Shown here: positions 48,048 to 60,660 of the stretch, one piece after another | Layout of the letters: each line of letters opens with the position of its first letter | How positions within the stretch are numbered: position 1 is the first letter of the stretch | Assembly: GCA_030390025.1 (NCBI GenBank) | Contig: CM059438.1 | Location: 68,822,001 to 68,886,000 of the forward strand | Origin: Squalus acanthias | Taxonomy: Eukaryota | Direction of reading: 5' to 3' | DNA: 64,000 nt | The notes under the pieces: generated by a model | Told to the model about the DNA's origin: nothing | What the model saw: the letters and a program-made list of their open reading frames with translations, nothing else | Database searches by the model: none | Program-made: the position numbers and the translations under genes

Positions 48048-49464
48048 TCCTGCAGCAGCCAACACTTTTAACAGAAAAAAGCTAATGCTTCTGCAAAGGG
48101 GACATGGCCCCTTTAAATCTTTACTGAAACAACGCGTCATCAGAGGCGAGAATCTGACACTCTGCAAGTAATTGCCTGGAGGGACCCGCACGTCGGCCGT
48201 AACAAGGCCAATCAACCTAAAATCTCATCTGCGGGGCGGCGGCAACCGGGAGCGGGTCTGGAAGACGCCGAGCAGCGGGCCTGCCATCAACCCGCCTCCT
48301 TCATTAAAATCGAGCCCTTTGTGTTCTCCTCACAGCTTACTGTCCCACCGAGCTTTGTATCGTCAACAAACTTGGATACATTAGACTCGGTCCCTTCATC
48401 TAGGTCATTAATATAGATTGTAAATAGCTGAGGCCCCAACACTGATCCTTGCGGCACCCCACTAGTTACAGTCTGCCAGCCTGAAAAAGATCCGTTTATC
48501 CCTACTCTCTGTTTTCTGTCTCTTAACCAATCCTCTATCCATGCTACTATATTACCCCCAACCCCATGAGCCCTAATCTTGTGTAATAACCTTTTATGTA
48601 GCACCTTATCAAATGCCTTTTGGAAATCTAAATATACTACATCCACTGGTTCCCCTTTATCTACCCTGCTAGTTACATCCTCAAAAAACTCTAATAAATT
48701 TGTCAAACATGATTTCCCTTTCATAAAACCATGTTGACTCTGCCTAATCATATTATTATTTTCTAAGTGCCCTGGTACCACTTCCTTAACAATGGATTCC
48801 AGCATTTTCTCGACGACTGATGTCAGGCTAACTGGCCTGTAGTTCCCTGTTTTCTCTCTCCCTCCTTTCTTTAATAGCAGTGTTATATTTGCGACCTTCC
48901 AATCCACTGGGACCGTTCTAGAATCTAGGGAATTTTGAAAGATCAAAACCAATGCATCCACTATCTCTTCAGCCAGCTCTTTTAGAACCCTAGGATGTAG
49001 GCCGTCAGGTCCAGGGGATTTGTCGGCTTTTAGTCCCATTAGTTTCTCTAGTACTTTTCTCTACTTATATTAATTACGTTAAGTTCCTCACTCTCATTAG
49101 ACCCTTGGTTCCCCACCATTTTTGGTATGTTGTAAAGGGCTTTGAAAGTAAGTCTTCAAAAGTTGGTAAGTTGGTCAGCATTTGAAAGGTTTAAATGTTT
49201 AGTCAAACAGAAGTTAATATATACTAATTGGAGTCCCATCGACCAGATAGGACCCCAAGGCATTTTGGGTGGCCTACTGGACTGAGCAGCTGCCATGGTT
49301 ATTGTGACCAGTGAAACCTGCTGGACACCCAGAGGAGGCTCCAAAAGGTAAGTAAAAAAAAAAATGGTATCTTTGTGAGCCAGGAGAAACAGGAGTGCCT
49401 CTCACAGAGACTCCCGGGCAGGAAGTTCAGCGGCTCCCTTTGCTTTCCACCCAGGAGTTAACAA

Positions 49465-50927
49465 GAAAAGAAAGACTTGCCTTTCACGACCACCGGACGT
49501 CCCAAAATGCTTTACAGCCAATGAAGCACTTTTTGAAGTGTAGTCACTGTTGCAATGTAGGGAACGCAGCAGCCAATTTGCACACAGCAAGCTCCCACAA
49601 ACAGCAATGTGATAATAACCAGATAATCTGTTTTTTAGTGGTGTTGATTGATGGATAAATATTTGCTAGAACACCAGGGATAACTCCCCTGCTCTTCTTC
49701 AAAATTGTGCCATGGGATCCTTTACATCCACCTGAGAGAGCAGACAGGGCCTCAGTTTAATGACTCATCCAAAAGACGGCACCTCCAACAGTGCAGCACT
49801 CCTTCAGTACTTCACTGGAGTGTCAGCCTAGATTTTATTGTGCTCAAGTCCGTGGAGTTTTTTTTTAATCGTTCATGGGATGTGGGCGTCACTGGAAATG
49901 CCAGTATTTATTGCCTATCCCTAATTGCCCATGAGGAAGTGGTAGTGAGCCACCTTATACAATGGAGTGGCTTGCTGGGCCATTTCTGTGGCTGGTCCAG
50001 TTAAGTTTCTGGTCAATGGTGACCTCCAGGATGTTGCTGGTGGTGGATTCGGTGATGATAATGCCGTTGAATGTCAAGGGGCGGTGGTTAGACTATCACT
50101 TGTTGGAGATAGTCATTGCCTGGCACTTCTGTGGCGCAAATGTTACCTGCCACTTATCAGCCCAAGCCTGAACGTCGTCCAGGTCTTGTTGCATGCGGGC
50201 ATGGACTGCTTCATTATCTGAGGATGGCACTGAACACTGTGCAGTCATCAGCGAACATCCCTATTTCTGACCTTATGTTGGAGGGAAGATCATTGATGAA
50301 GCAGCTGAAGATGGTTGGGCCTAGGACACTGCCCTGAGAAACTCCTGCAGCGATGTCCTGGGGCTGTGATGATTGACCTTCAACCACCACAACCATCTTC
50401 CTTTGTGCTAGGTATGACTCCAGCTAGCGGAGAGTTTTCCCCCCGATTCCCATTGACTTCAGTTTTACTAGGGCTCCTTGATGCCACACTCAGTCAAATG
50501 CTGCCTTAATGTCAAGGGCAGTCACTCTCACCTCACCTCTGGAATTCAGCTCCTTTGTCCATGTTTGGACCAAGGCTGTAATGAGGTCGGGAGCCAAGTG
50601 ATCTTAGCGGAACCCAAACTGGGCATCACTGAGCAGGTTATTGGTGAGTAAGTGCCGCTTGATAGCACTGTCAATGACACCTTCCATCATTTTCCTGATG
50701 ATTGAGAGTAGACTGATGGGGTGGTAATTGGCCGGATTGGATTTGTCCTGCTTTTTGTGGACAGGACATACCTGGGCAGTTTTCCCCATGGTGGGATTGT
50801 GAACTCGTGTCTCCGGATCATTAGTCCAAGCCTCGTGGATTACTAGTCCAGTAACATAACCACTATGCTATCATACCTTGAACCTACAACCTTCTGATTC
50901 AGAGGCAATGGTGCTACGGCTGACACA
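49465..50927 (-). mobile_element. DeuSINE (49465-49857 and 50879-50927) interrupted by a SINE-B/LINE chimera
   Basis: ..CTCAAGTCCGTGGAG | TGAACCTACAACCTTCTGATTCAGAGGC..GGCTGACAC rejoins the SINE head. Confidence 0.82.
49858..50878 (-). mobile_element. Chimeric SINE family B carrying an internal 0.8-kb CR1-clade RT fragment (about 49986-50790)
   Basis: SINE head at 50790-50878, LINE RT segment (NYHPISLLS, AQFGFR, SQGSVLGP, FADD), and SINE 3' part at 49858-49985. Confidence 0.8.
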
Positions 50928-51813
50928 TGCTAATATTTATTACATATTATAATGGATTTAGTATTTCTTCTTTCATTTCCATGGATTGTGTTGCAAAAGA
51001 TTACGTATAGTATGTCCAATGTCAATAATTGAACATCAAAATGATCTATTCATTTTATTCAATCTATTTTCCTTCCCCCTGCCCTGAAGGTAGCAATTCA
51101 TAATGGGGTCAACAGGTGCCAGCTACTCTCTGGTACCTCACCCAAGTGGTCATTCTTCAAGGTTAAGCTACAGTCATCACCACCAGCCCTATCCTGTTCA
51201 CACATGCATGCTTTCCAGAAGGAGTAACTGGACAGCTTGATTAGTTTCTTCATACCTTCATAGCCCAAGGTAGCAGACCCAAAGGGCAGAATTTTCATTG
51301 ACTCGTGGAGGTGGGTTTGGAGGCATGTGGGGGGTTAAAATTGCGAAAACTGGCGGGCGGGCACAAGCCCACCTACATCCCGCCTCCATGCAATTTTCAT
51401 TAAATCGTGTTTGCTGGCCCCGACTCCGTCCCGCCTCCAGGAGGCGGGATAGGCCGTTAAGGCTCTTAACAAGCACTAAATTGCCTCTATAATTCCATTT
51501 TGAAAGGCCTTTGTGATTTTAACCCTTTTTCCACGTGAAGCACGCCTGTTCTGAAACACAAATGTGAAACCTGGCGGTAGCACATTTGTATTGCTGACTA
51601 TCAGCTGCAGCTCAACCATGAAATAGGAGATGTGATCAGCCAACATTTGCAGTTGGCAGGACTTTGTTGTCTGAGGTCTGGGGGAACTTTTATATGGCAT
51701 AACCACAGCTGTGGAAGTTTGGAGCCTGACACCCATCTCCAGTGTGACCTCCTGGGAAACCCCTCTCGCCACCTTGACTGAGCGCTTCCTCAACTGAGGC
51801 ATATACCAGAAGC

Positions 51814-52034
51814 ATGGGAACCATTTATTTCCTTTCCTCCTGGACATCAGATTCGGACGAGGACCAGCCGTGGCAGCAACGGACCATGAACAACAGCACC
51901 ACCAGCAGCAGTAGCATCAACAGGAGTGCCAAGCTGCTCCTCACCCACCTGAAGCTGCACAGGCCAGAAGGCACCAGCGCGCGACCACATTGCTGCCCGA
52001 GATGCAAGGGACGCACTTGACCAGATTTGCTTAG
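51814..52034 (+). pseudogene. Transposase N-terminus fused out of frame to its C-terminal tip (internal deletion)
   Basis: The 5' part matches element C 46360-46516; CGCGACCACATTGCTG..GCAAGGGA matches element C 47562-47595. Confidence 0.85.
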
Positions 52035-52292
52035 CCTGCACAATCAAACACTTTTGCCTCGCACCTTCTTATCAGACCATCGACAATGGCCAGGAACCTG
52101 TGGATTCCTATCACTCTGACCACCATACTGACAATTGCAAGTCATCCAAAGCCCTCAATGTGGAAGTCCCATTTGCGAAATGACAGACGTCATAACTTCA
52201 GCAGTTTGCCAGCAGAATTTTTAATCACACCAAGCAAGTGCTGGCATTTCAAGATTAAACACAACATTACACCCAAGTGACTACCCTTGTGA

Positions 52293-54259
52293 CTATTTGT
52301 GCATTATTTTTCTTTTACGCATGCTCCTACGTGGTGCTTCCCCTGTGGCTTCAGCAGATGTGGAGGCCCCTTGCTCACTTTCTTGCTGCTCCTGCCTCGA
52401 CACCTTTGGCGGGCGTCCTCTGGGGTTGCGAGCCTGTGCGGGTTCGGCAACAGTCTGCTGCTCCTGCGGCAGTACAGGGGTTGAGACGCCCATCTCAGTT
52501 GGGTGAGGACTCTGGTGGGGCTCTGACCGAGGGCTTTGCAGTGGCTTGGTCATGTGAATGCTTGGAGAGGAGCCCCCACTTCCTTGTTGTCCGCCACCAA
52601 CATCTCTCTCATGGGTCAGCCCCACCTCAGCACTTGCAAGTGGATTGAGAGCACCTTGCTGCACATCAGGGGGGCCATGGGGACCCGTATCTGCACTGGA
52701 AGTCCTACTCAGAGGGACTTCCATGAAGGTCTGGTTTCTGTGTTCAATAGATGACCATCGCTCCACAAGAGATGCCAGTCTATTCTGAACAATGACCATG
52801 TTTTCTACACTCTGGTGACTTATCTCCTCCATAGCCGTAGCCATCCTCTCCTCTACTGTAGCCATCCTATCCACGGAGGTTGCCATCCTTTCCGTGGTGA
52901 TGCGTTCATGCACCAATGACTCCACAAAGGCTCTGCTCATGTTCGCTATGGACTCCTCCATTTGCTCCACACTCGCAGCGACCCTGGAGACAAAACCTGC
53001 CAGAGACTCTTGCATCTGTTCCTGGAGTTCCAGCACCGCTGATCTTATGGATGGACCCAGAGGCAGAGGGTCGACATGCAGCTGAGCCGAGCTAGGAGAG
53101 TCCTGCGCCCTCCGACTAGGACTCTCCACTGCTGTCCCTGTCTCCACTATCTGCTGATGCTCACTTGTGAGCTGTGATACACCAGGTGACAACACTACTC
53201 TATCTCGCAATGTTCCCTCCGAGGTGTGAGTGTCTGCGCTGGTGCTGGGTGCGCTGAATTCTGCTGACGCGGCGCCCTCAGAGGTTGCAGCTTTCTCTGA
53301 GGAGTGGTGAGGCTCATGCTCTTCCACCTGGACAGTGGGGACGGCTGCTCGCGATGGTCCTGGGGGGGAGTAAAGGAAAGAGTCAGAGATGTGAGGCCAA
53401 GGTTACATGCACATTGCATATTGCAGATGATCATAAGTCAGTCTGCTGGAGCATCAGAATCATTATCAGTGACTCATGCAATGTCAATGAGAGAGATGAT
53501 AAACTATTCTGTCACCAGCTTGCTCTGATTCACCCGTCTGTCCGTCCCCCACTTGCACATCCTCCTCCACTCCCATGATTTCCAGGACCGCCTCCTCCCA
53601 GGTGGTGAGCTGGGCTACTGAGGGTGGCCCTCCTCCTGTCCTCGCTCTTTCCCTCTTATTGTGAGCTCTCTTTTCCTGCAATGAGGGAGACAAGTGGAGT
53701 TTGAGTGAGAATGAAGGAGTGAGTGTAGAGAATCTATATCATTGATGGTTAGAAGGAGACAAATTCGGAGTGAGGTGGCAAGACCATGGGCCCTCCCTGT
53801 GTGTTGTAAGTTGTTTTCATAGCATTCATAGCGATAGGGAGTGTGAGGGCTGCATAGTCGAATAGTTAGGTGAATGTGACCATACAGAGAGAGGGATTGG
53901 GTAAGAGTGCAGGGATGTCAGTGTCAAGTGGGATGTGGAGGAAGAGGTTGTCAAAGCTGAGTGCTGGTGAGGAGAGGCAATGGGGATCAGAATGAGGGTG
54001 ATGGGAAATTCATACTCACTTTTCCAGTGCGCAGCAGGTCATGAAACCTCTTCCTGCACTGAAGCCAGGTTCTGCGGGTTATGGACAACGAGTTGACCTC
54101 CTCTGCCACCTGGATCCACACAGCCTTGGTTTGATGGGAAGGCTTCTTCCTCCCTGAAGAAGGGAAGAGCACCTCCTTATTAGCTCTGGCTCCCTCAATT
54201 AAAGCTTGCAGGGCGACATCATCAAATCGAGGTGCAGACCTAGATCTCTGGCTGGCCAT
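52293..54259 (-). CDS. Myb/SANT-like protein of element D, 3 exons (54259-54020, 53675-53516, 53359-52293), about 488 aa, open
   Basis: MASQRSRSAPRFDDVALQAL...W...RRTWLQCRKRFHDL. Splice sites AAA|GTGAGT, TTGCAG|GAA, G|GTGACA (alternative phase-1 donor after 53534) and CCCCAG|GA. In frame with no stops; contains coiled-coil-like ERMAT repeats and a basic C-terminus. Confidence 0.85.
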
Positions 54260-54840
54260 TCTTCCTGCAGGTGCCTCTCACATGCAAAGGCAGAAGCTTG
54301 GCAGCCTGCAGAGGAAGCAAGGCTTGTTGCAGACCTTAAATGCTGCAGCAATGATGACGTCATCGGAAGCGACTTTCAGACTGGAAAAACTCACTGGCCA
54401 TGGGTTCCCACACGTTGGAACTCAATTGGCCAATTATGTTAAAATCACATCAATCTCCCACATCGATTTAGATTCGGGTGGCTAACACGAAATGCGGATT
54501 ACACGACCCCAACCCGCCCCTGAATCAAAATCCAGCCCAAAGTGTCACCGGAAGAGCTATCTCGGCACAGACCGAGATTGAGCTTTAAACCAACCAGGTC
54601 TACGTTCTTCACCGTGTAGTGCACTTAATGAATTGAGTTATTGGAACAGAATAACCTGAATATAACAGCAACTTTTAATGATGAAATTAAGTACACTGGC
54701 CAGAAATGGAAAAGCATCCCACAACTAATTTGGGTGCAAGAGATAACCTTCATTTAGGGAAACAAATTAGCTTTAGGTTTTGGTGGCAAAGAATAAATTT
54801 TACACTTTGTGCAATTTTCTTTCAACAACTTATACAAATA

Positions 54841-55548
54841 TATTTAATACAATACAACTTGCAGTGGTGCAATTTCCTAAGGGGACAAATAGCTTGTAAA
54901 TGTCTTGTCCATCTTGACATCCATTGTAACTGGCATGACATTTGCATTGGATGCACAGTATCTGTTTGTATAAATTAGTATTTCATGCACATAATTCAGT
55001 GGGCACTTTGCTGAAATTGTGCTTGAACTGGTTGAGTCCTTGAAAACAAATGTTTTCCTTCAATGCAGCATCATCAGAAATGAATGAAAAACCAATTTTG
55101 AAACCAATTCTATCAAATATGTCTTAAAACATTTTTTTTTTCTAAATGCAGACATCCTTCTATGGGAAATACAATTTGGAAGTCTGTTCTAGTAGAACTG
55201 TCTCATGGTGAAATGTATATGCTGCAACAATGCCAATATATTGAGAGCTGGCTGAAAGAAAGCAGCAAGTTCAAGGTCAAGAATAACACGGCTTGAATTC
55301 ATTGCCATTTTAGTGTCGCAGTGATTCAAAGCCCCATCTGTTACAAAGAATGTGTTACATTAGTTACTTTGTGAGCATGAACTGAATGGACAAATAATTT
55401 TGTATTCATATCATACATCTTGAAATGGTGCAATTTCCTGATGTGGTAGAGTTGTTTGTAAATGTGTCTCACGCTTCTTCACATCACTGGCTGGCATGGC
55501 ATCTGCATTGGAAGTAGAGTTTTGGTTTATTTAAATTAATATTTCACG
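54841..55548. repeat. Old diverged direct repeat of about 146 bp (54841-54987 and 55403-55548)
   Basis: Shared blocks TGGTGCAATTTCCT, TTGTAAATGT, CTGGCATG.CAT.TGCATTGGA and TAAATTA.TATTTCA. Confidence 0.7.
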
Positions 55549-55898
55549 ACCCTTTCTTCAGTATTTGCCCATTTAGTTGCAGAATAAGGGAATGGAGGTA
55601 TTTTGCTTACTTTTGTTATTGAATTAACTTTCCTTTCTTTGTACCTGTGTCCTGGTTGTCGTCCTGGCTGATCCTCATGCTGCACATGCAATTTTCAGAG
55701 AAGGTGGGCAGATGTGGTCCAGCCTGTCTCCAGAAACACCCTTGAACTGGTTACCCTAGTGACAGTAACTAGGATTTCTGTTTAACAAAATATATACAGA
55801 TAAGGGGATTGCATCCAGCCCATCTTTGTTCATTCATCCAGAATAAAAGACCTACATTCCCTCATCATGCCCTCTAACTGACCATTGACAGAGTCTTA

Positions 55899-56649
55899 GG
55901 GGGAAAAATTGGGTCACGCCTCCTATGGGGCGCTAACTTCGCCAGGGCGCTACTTTTAGCGGCCCAAAAAGGTTCTCACCCCCGCGACAGAAATTGAATG
56001 ATAGCGCCCCAAGCAGGAGGTGGGGCGCTACTGGAAGCGCCCCCCCTCCCTCTTGGGGCGCTGCCATTCAATATCGCAATGCTACGTGCAACAGTGCCAC
56101 ACGCATCGGCACGTGGCGCCGTGGTACTGCAGGCCTCCCTCCCCTGATTAAAGGGGAGGGGCCTAGTGCAACGCGCACCGGAGCCCTGCTGGACCACCGG
56201 GAGAGCGGGGTGCCGGCAAAAGAGCTCGGCACTCAAGAGGAGTGCCGGGCTGATGGATCGCGGCCAGCACCCCACAGGAGGAGGCAAAAGGGGGGCAGGT
56301 GCTGGCAGGCGGCCCAAAAAAAGGCCACCCGGCACCTGCCCTTTAATTTGCGCCGCCGCGGTCGTAAACAAAGCACCCTGACCTTGTCACACATAGCCTC
56401 TGGTGGTAGGTCAGGGGGCGCGAGCCAAGTTTGCGGCCAGGGCGCGAGCGGGGCACTGCACCCAGCGATGACGTCATCACCGGCGGCACGGTGCCGCGGG
56501 GCGCTACCGGCTACCGCTGCCGCTCACCTCCTGCTGAATTTTGCGGGAGGCATTAGCGGCGCCGTGCCTGGGCGCTAGGGGTTTTGCGCCCCGTTAGCGC
56601 CCCCCTCGAGGCACTAACGGGAGGCGCAAAGCAACCCAATTTTTCCCCC
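55899..56649 (-). mobile_element. Harbinger MITE G, 751 bp, related to A/B ends
   Basis: Perfect 16-bp TIR GGGGGAAAAATTGGGT; TTA TSD; CpG-rich; right end homologous to A's left end (GCGCCTCCCGTTAG.GCC). Confidence 0.95.
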
Positions 56650-56814
56650 TTAAGGTTTTCATCTCAACTATTTTGGTCCAAGTGTTGATCACCCTTTGTA
56701 TGAAAAAGTTCTTCATGAACCCAACTTTCCTTCCACTTTCTGGCTGCTTTGTCTAACTTGCAGCTCTCGTCTCCCTCCCGCCAAACAGTTTCGTATTATC
56801 AGTTATATTTCACT

Positions 56815-57990
56815 TAGAATTAGAATCTCCAGCACAGAAACAGGCCATTTGGCCCAATTGATCTGTGCTGGCGTTTATATTCCACATGAGTCGTCTCATA
56901 CTCTACTTAACCACCTCCCAAACTGCCCCCATATCCCTCTGTCCCCTTCTCTTGTGTATGCACCAGGCCTCCCTGCTTCAACCACCCAATGTGGCAGCGA
57001 GTTCTACATTCTCACCATTCACTGTGTAAAGAACTTCCTCTTAAATTCTTGATTTGATCTGTAAGTGGTTATTTTAGATTAATGCTCCATTGGTCTCATC
57101 CTTGTTTACAAATCTCTCCATGGCCTCACCCCTCCCGATCTCTGTCATCTCCTCCAGCCCCACAACCCCCCCACCCCCCTCGAGATATCTGCGCTCCTCT
57201 AAATCTGCCCTCTTGAGCATCCCTGATTAGAATCGCTCAACCATAGGTGGCCGTGCCTTCTGTTGCCTAGGCCCTAAGCTCGGGAATTCCCTGCCTAAAC
57301 CTGTCCGCCTCGTTACCTCTCTTTCCTCCTTTAAGACGCTCCTTAAAACCTACCTCTTTGACCAAGCTTTTGGTCATCTGCCCTAATTTATCCTTAAGTG
57401 GCCCGGTGTCAATTTTTTTTGTCTTATAACACTCCTGTGCAGCGCCTCGGGATGTTTTACTACGTTAAAGGCGCTATATAAATACAAGTTGTTGTTGTTG
57501 TTGTTGGTCTGGACTCACTTACAAGTGGAAACAGCTTCTCAACAGCCTTTCTATTGAACCCTGTCATAATTTTAAAGACTTCAATCAGGTCTCCTCTTAG
57601 TCTTTTTTTCCCTGAGAATAGAGCCTCAGTCAGCTCAGTCTTTTCTGCTCCAGTGCTTCAATATCCTTTTTGTATCATGGGGGCCAGAACTGTGAACAGT
57701 TCTCAAGTGTGGTTTAACCAAGGTTCTATATAAGTTTAACGTTACCACCCTCCTTTTGTATTCTATTCCTCTAGAAATGAACTCTAGTATTTTGTTTGTA
57801 CTCTTTATGGCCTTATCAACTTGTGTTGCTACTTTTAATTATTTATGTATATCTATCCTCAAATCTCTTTGCTCTTCTATTGGATTTAGTCTCTTAGCTT
57901 CCATGGAACATGTAGCCTCTTTCTTCCTCCTACCAAAATGAACCACCTCACACTTTGCTATATTGAATTTAAATTACCGTTTATCTGCCC
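56815..57990 (-). mobile_element. Old CR1-like 3' fragment interrupted by L2
   Basis: CR1-type tail (CACAGAAACAGGCCATTTGGCCC) and degenerate ORF2 C-terminal sequence on both sides of 57094-57506. Confidence 0.65.
57094..57506 (+). mobile_element. L2 LINE 3' end
   Basis: Homologous to 633-998; ends AAAGGCGCTATATAAATACAA(GTT)n, the tail shared with the DeuSINEs. Confidence 0.85.
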
Positions 57991-58029
57991 ACACTGCAAG
58001 TCTGCTCTTCTCTCTGTTTCAGTTTCAAA

Positions 58030-58465
58030 TAGCAGAAGCTCTGATCATAATCTTGCAAACATCTTTGGCATATGGAAGTTGCCAGTGGACCATTTCTGTT
58101 CAAATAGGGAGTAAGGGAAAATAAAACCGGTAATTATAGGTCAGTCAGTCTAACATCAGTTGTTGCTAAACCTCTAGAGGCCATAATGTGGGATAAAATG
58201 AATGTTCACTTAAAGAGACACAGGTTAATTAAGGACAGTCAGCATGGACTTTTAAAATGCAAGTCCTGTTTGACAAATTTAAGAGAGTTCTTGGAAGAAA
58301 TAATGAAGTGTATTGATAAAGGAAATTAAATGGATTCCGTGTGTATGGATTTTCAAAAGGTGCTTGATAAGTTGTCACGTTAGAGGGTTGCTGGTAAAAT
58401 TAAGGCACCTGATATTTAAGAGAATGACACTATGGACAGAAAACAGAGAAAAGTGGTGAATTAAT
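58030..58465 (+). mobile_element. Degenerate CR1 RT fragment
   Basis: Nucleotide remnants of GNYRx[18 protein letters not shown] and YMDFQK. Confidence 0.75.
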
Positions 58466-60105
58466 GGCCGCGATTTTGCTGACCTTGGCGGGTCCGTGGC
58501 GAGCGACTTCGGTGGTGGATCCCGACTCCGCTGTTGGCTCCATCCCACTCTGTGAAATTAATTTCCCTTGAAGAGCGTTGTTAAGCCCACCCAGCGGATT
58601 TCCTGGTCAATTAGAGGAAGCGGGTCTGATGACATCATTTGATGACACATCATCAACCAGTTTCCTTAAAGGGACCATGGCATTGAAGTGCTGCAAGCAC
58701 TGACAATCACTGCACAGAAGTGCACGGCTAAACCCAGGTTCTCCCACGACTCCTTCCATATGCTTGTGGAGGGAGTCACAGCACGCAGGGAGGTCCTCTT
58801 CTCTTCCCATGGGATCAACACAGCCTGGATGCACATTGCAGACGAGGGCACAAGCAGGGATGTGGTCAGGAAGACCTGGGAGCAGCGCCGCAAACCTTTC
58901 AATGATCTCAGTAGATCACAAAACGTTACTGCAAAGCCACACTCAACCTCATCCTGCTGTGCCACTCATCACATCCCCATCACTCTGCCTACCCTACCCT
59001 ACTCCTGCACATCCTTACTCACAGCAACTTACCTTGCACATCCACCCATCCCTCTCTATATTATCACATCCCCATCTCACTAGCCAACCCTCGCACTCAC
59101 CCTCATCCTTGTGCAATCATACAAACTAACAACACACAAGTGTAGGCACTTGGGTGTTTTATTGAATGTTCATGTAACGTTTCTGTTAATGGGGTATCAA
59201 ACATTGAAATCTTTATTTTCAAGACATTGCGTTCTTGGATAGATTTGTGTGCACCTTTGGAAGTGGCTTAGTGAGTTGCAGTGAATGGTGAGACATAACG
59301 GCACCCCCTGCACTGGTGATGAGTGTGAAAGGAATGGCTTGGGCATTGTAGGGATGCTTTATGGTGTTGGTGTGGGGTGGTGCCAACCTGGCAGCCAGGG
59401 TGTACAGCATCAAGTGAATTAAATCTGGCCATGATGAGGCCATCCCTGGCCTCGTGGGCAGCAATATGGTCGAGTGCTGATGCCTTGTATCCTGTGCAGC
59501 ATCAGTTGACTGTGGAGAACATTGGTAATGTTGTTTGTGCTGCTGTTGTGCCTGGTGCTGCTGGTGTGGGGCTGATCGTTGTGGGATTCTGAGGACCAAG
59601 GTGAGAGAGTATAAGGGCGCCCATGCTGATGGAATAGATGGCAGGTGAAGTTGAGAGGACAGAAACAATGTGTCAATGGTGAGAGAGGTTGTTCCAGTGA
59701 GGTGACACTGGGCAGTAAGCAACAGCTTCTGAGCCTGGAAAATGAAGAATTGTGAGGCGGGAGCTTTTATAGCTGTCAAGTAATCAGCTGATTCAATGGC
59801 CATTCATCTCCCATCTCAGCTTAACAGACCTGATCCCCAAGCATCGAGGACCCCATGGGTGAGCACGTAAAATCAAAAGGTGAGCTAAAATGTATTCTTA
59901 ATGATCTCTAAACAAGGTCATAATTACGTGAATTGGGTCCCCCGCCGCTGCATATCGGGTCTGCTCAGCGCTGACAGACCCAACATTGGGGAAAGGCGCG
60001 TGGCGGTGGGTACACAGTGGGGTCCCGACCCGCTGGGGCAAAAAAACACTTTCCCACCCGGCCCACCACCGATCGCGCCTGCTGACTCCCCGGGAAATCT
60101 CGACT
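58466..60105 (-). mobile_element. Non-autonomous Harbinger derivative F (same family as E, inverted)
   Basis: Starts GGCCGCGATTTT; Myb exon 1 remnant at about 58707-58924 (+); transposase stub at about 59415-59625 (-); colinear with 14193-15943. Confidence 0.85.
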
Positions 60106-60109
60106 GCAG

Positions 60110-60660
60110 AGTCTAAACCAGGAAGTGTAAGTTTGAATAGTTAATTCAATGTCAAATCCTATACAGAAAGCAAAATAAAAAGAGGAAAGAAAGATGGATT
60201 AAGAAAGAGGGAGATAAAAGAGACAGAAAGAAAAAGTAAAAAATAATGTTTATTTTAATTTCTTAATTTTTAAAATCTCCAACAATAATTAAAATCTGAA
60301 GGAATGAGAGTCCACATTTGTAAAAGTTAATTTTCAGTGCCAGAGAGATTGCTGGCAGTAATTACGACTTATCAGGTCATTAAAAATTCACTTACACTTG
60401 AATGGACAAGCCTTATCTTTCTCTGGCGTATTTAGTTCATATTTATCAAGTAATACCGTAACTTCACGCCCTTCGATGTATTTGAATACCGAGTCTCTCA
60501 GCGAGATACCGGTATAGCAAAGCTTCAGGAGGAGCAGGGCAACTTCCTGATTTCCGCGTTTAACTGCGCATGTGCGGACGCTGGAAGTTGCTGTCCGATC
60601 TACTCCTTAATAACGGTGAGCGCTGATAGTCTCACCATTATTTCTACTGCAAAATCCAAT
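60110..60660 (-). mobile_element. Partial inverted copy of the MITE at 61316-62093
   Basis: The reverse complement shares GACAGC.ACTTC, GTTAAAC, CTCTGGCACTGAAAATTAACT and ATTCCTTCAG blocks with that MITE. Confidence 0.75.

Larger units (their letters stand above)
45823..48317 (+). mobile_element. Harbinger element C, 2495 bp (transposase pseudogene plus Myb exon 1)
   Basis: Perfect 15-bp TIR GGGCTCGATTTTAAT / ATTAAAATCGAGCCC; TTT TSD; removing the element restores the CR1 sequence. Confidence 0.95.
44930..49130 (-). mobile_element. CR1 LINE (44930-45822 and 48318-49130) split by Harbinger C
   Basis: The RT ORF 48287-49039 ends [18 protein letters not shown] at the insertion and resumes on the other side; tail (GAACATAA)n. 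Confidence 0.93.
51284..54538 (+). mobile_element. Harbinger element D, 3255 bp, Myb gene open, transposase core deleted
   Basis: TIRs GGGCAGAATTTTCATT / AATCAAAATCCAGCCC (13/16); AAA TSD at 51281-51283 and 54539-54541. Confidence 0.93.

Noticed and set aside
51814..52034. In-frame mini-transposase (N+C fusion peptide)
   Set aside because: The junction is out of frame with the C-terminal segment, and the stub has additional lesions.
52293..54259. Identical predicted length (1467 nt) of the Myb genes of A and D as a sign of constraint
   Set aside because: It depends on which exon 2 donor D uses and on A's recent 87-bp duplication; most likely coincidence.
55976..56578. GC-rich ORFs or a CpG-island promoter of a host gene
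   Set aside because: They lie entirely within MITE G (TIRs and TTA TSD); the ORFs reflect high GC content.
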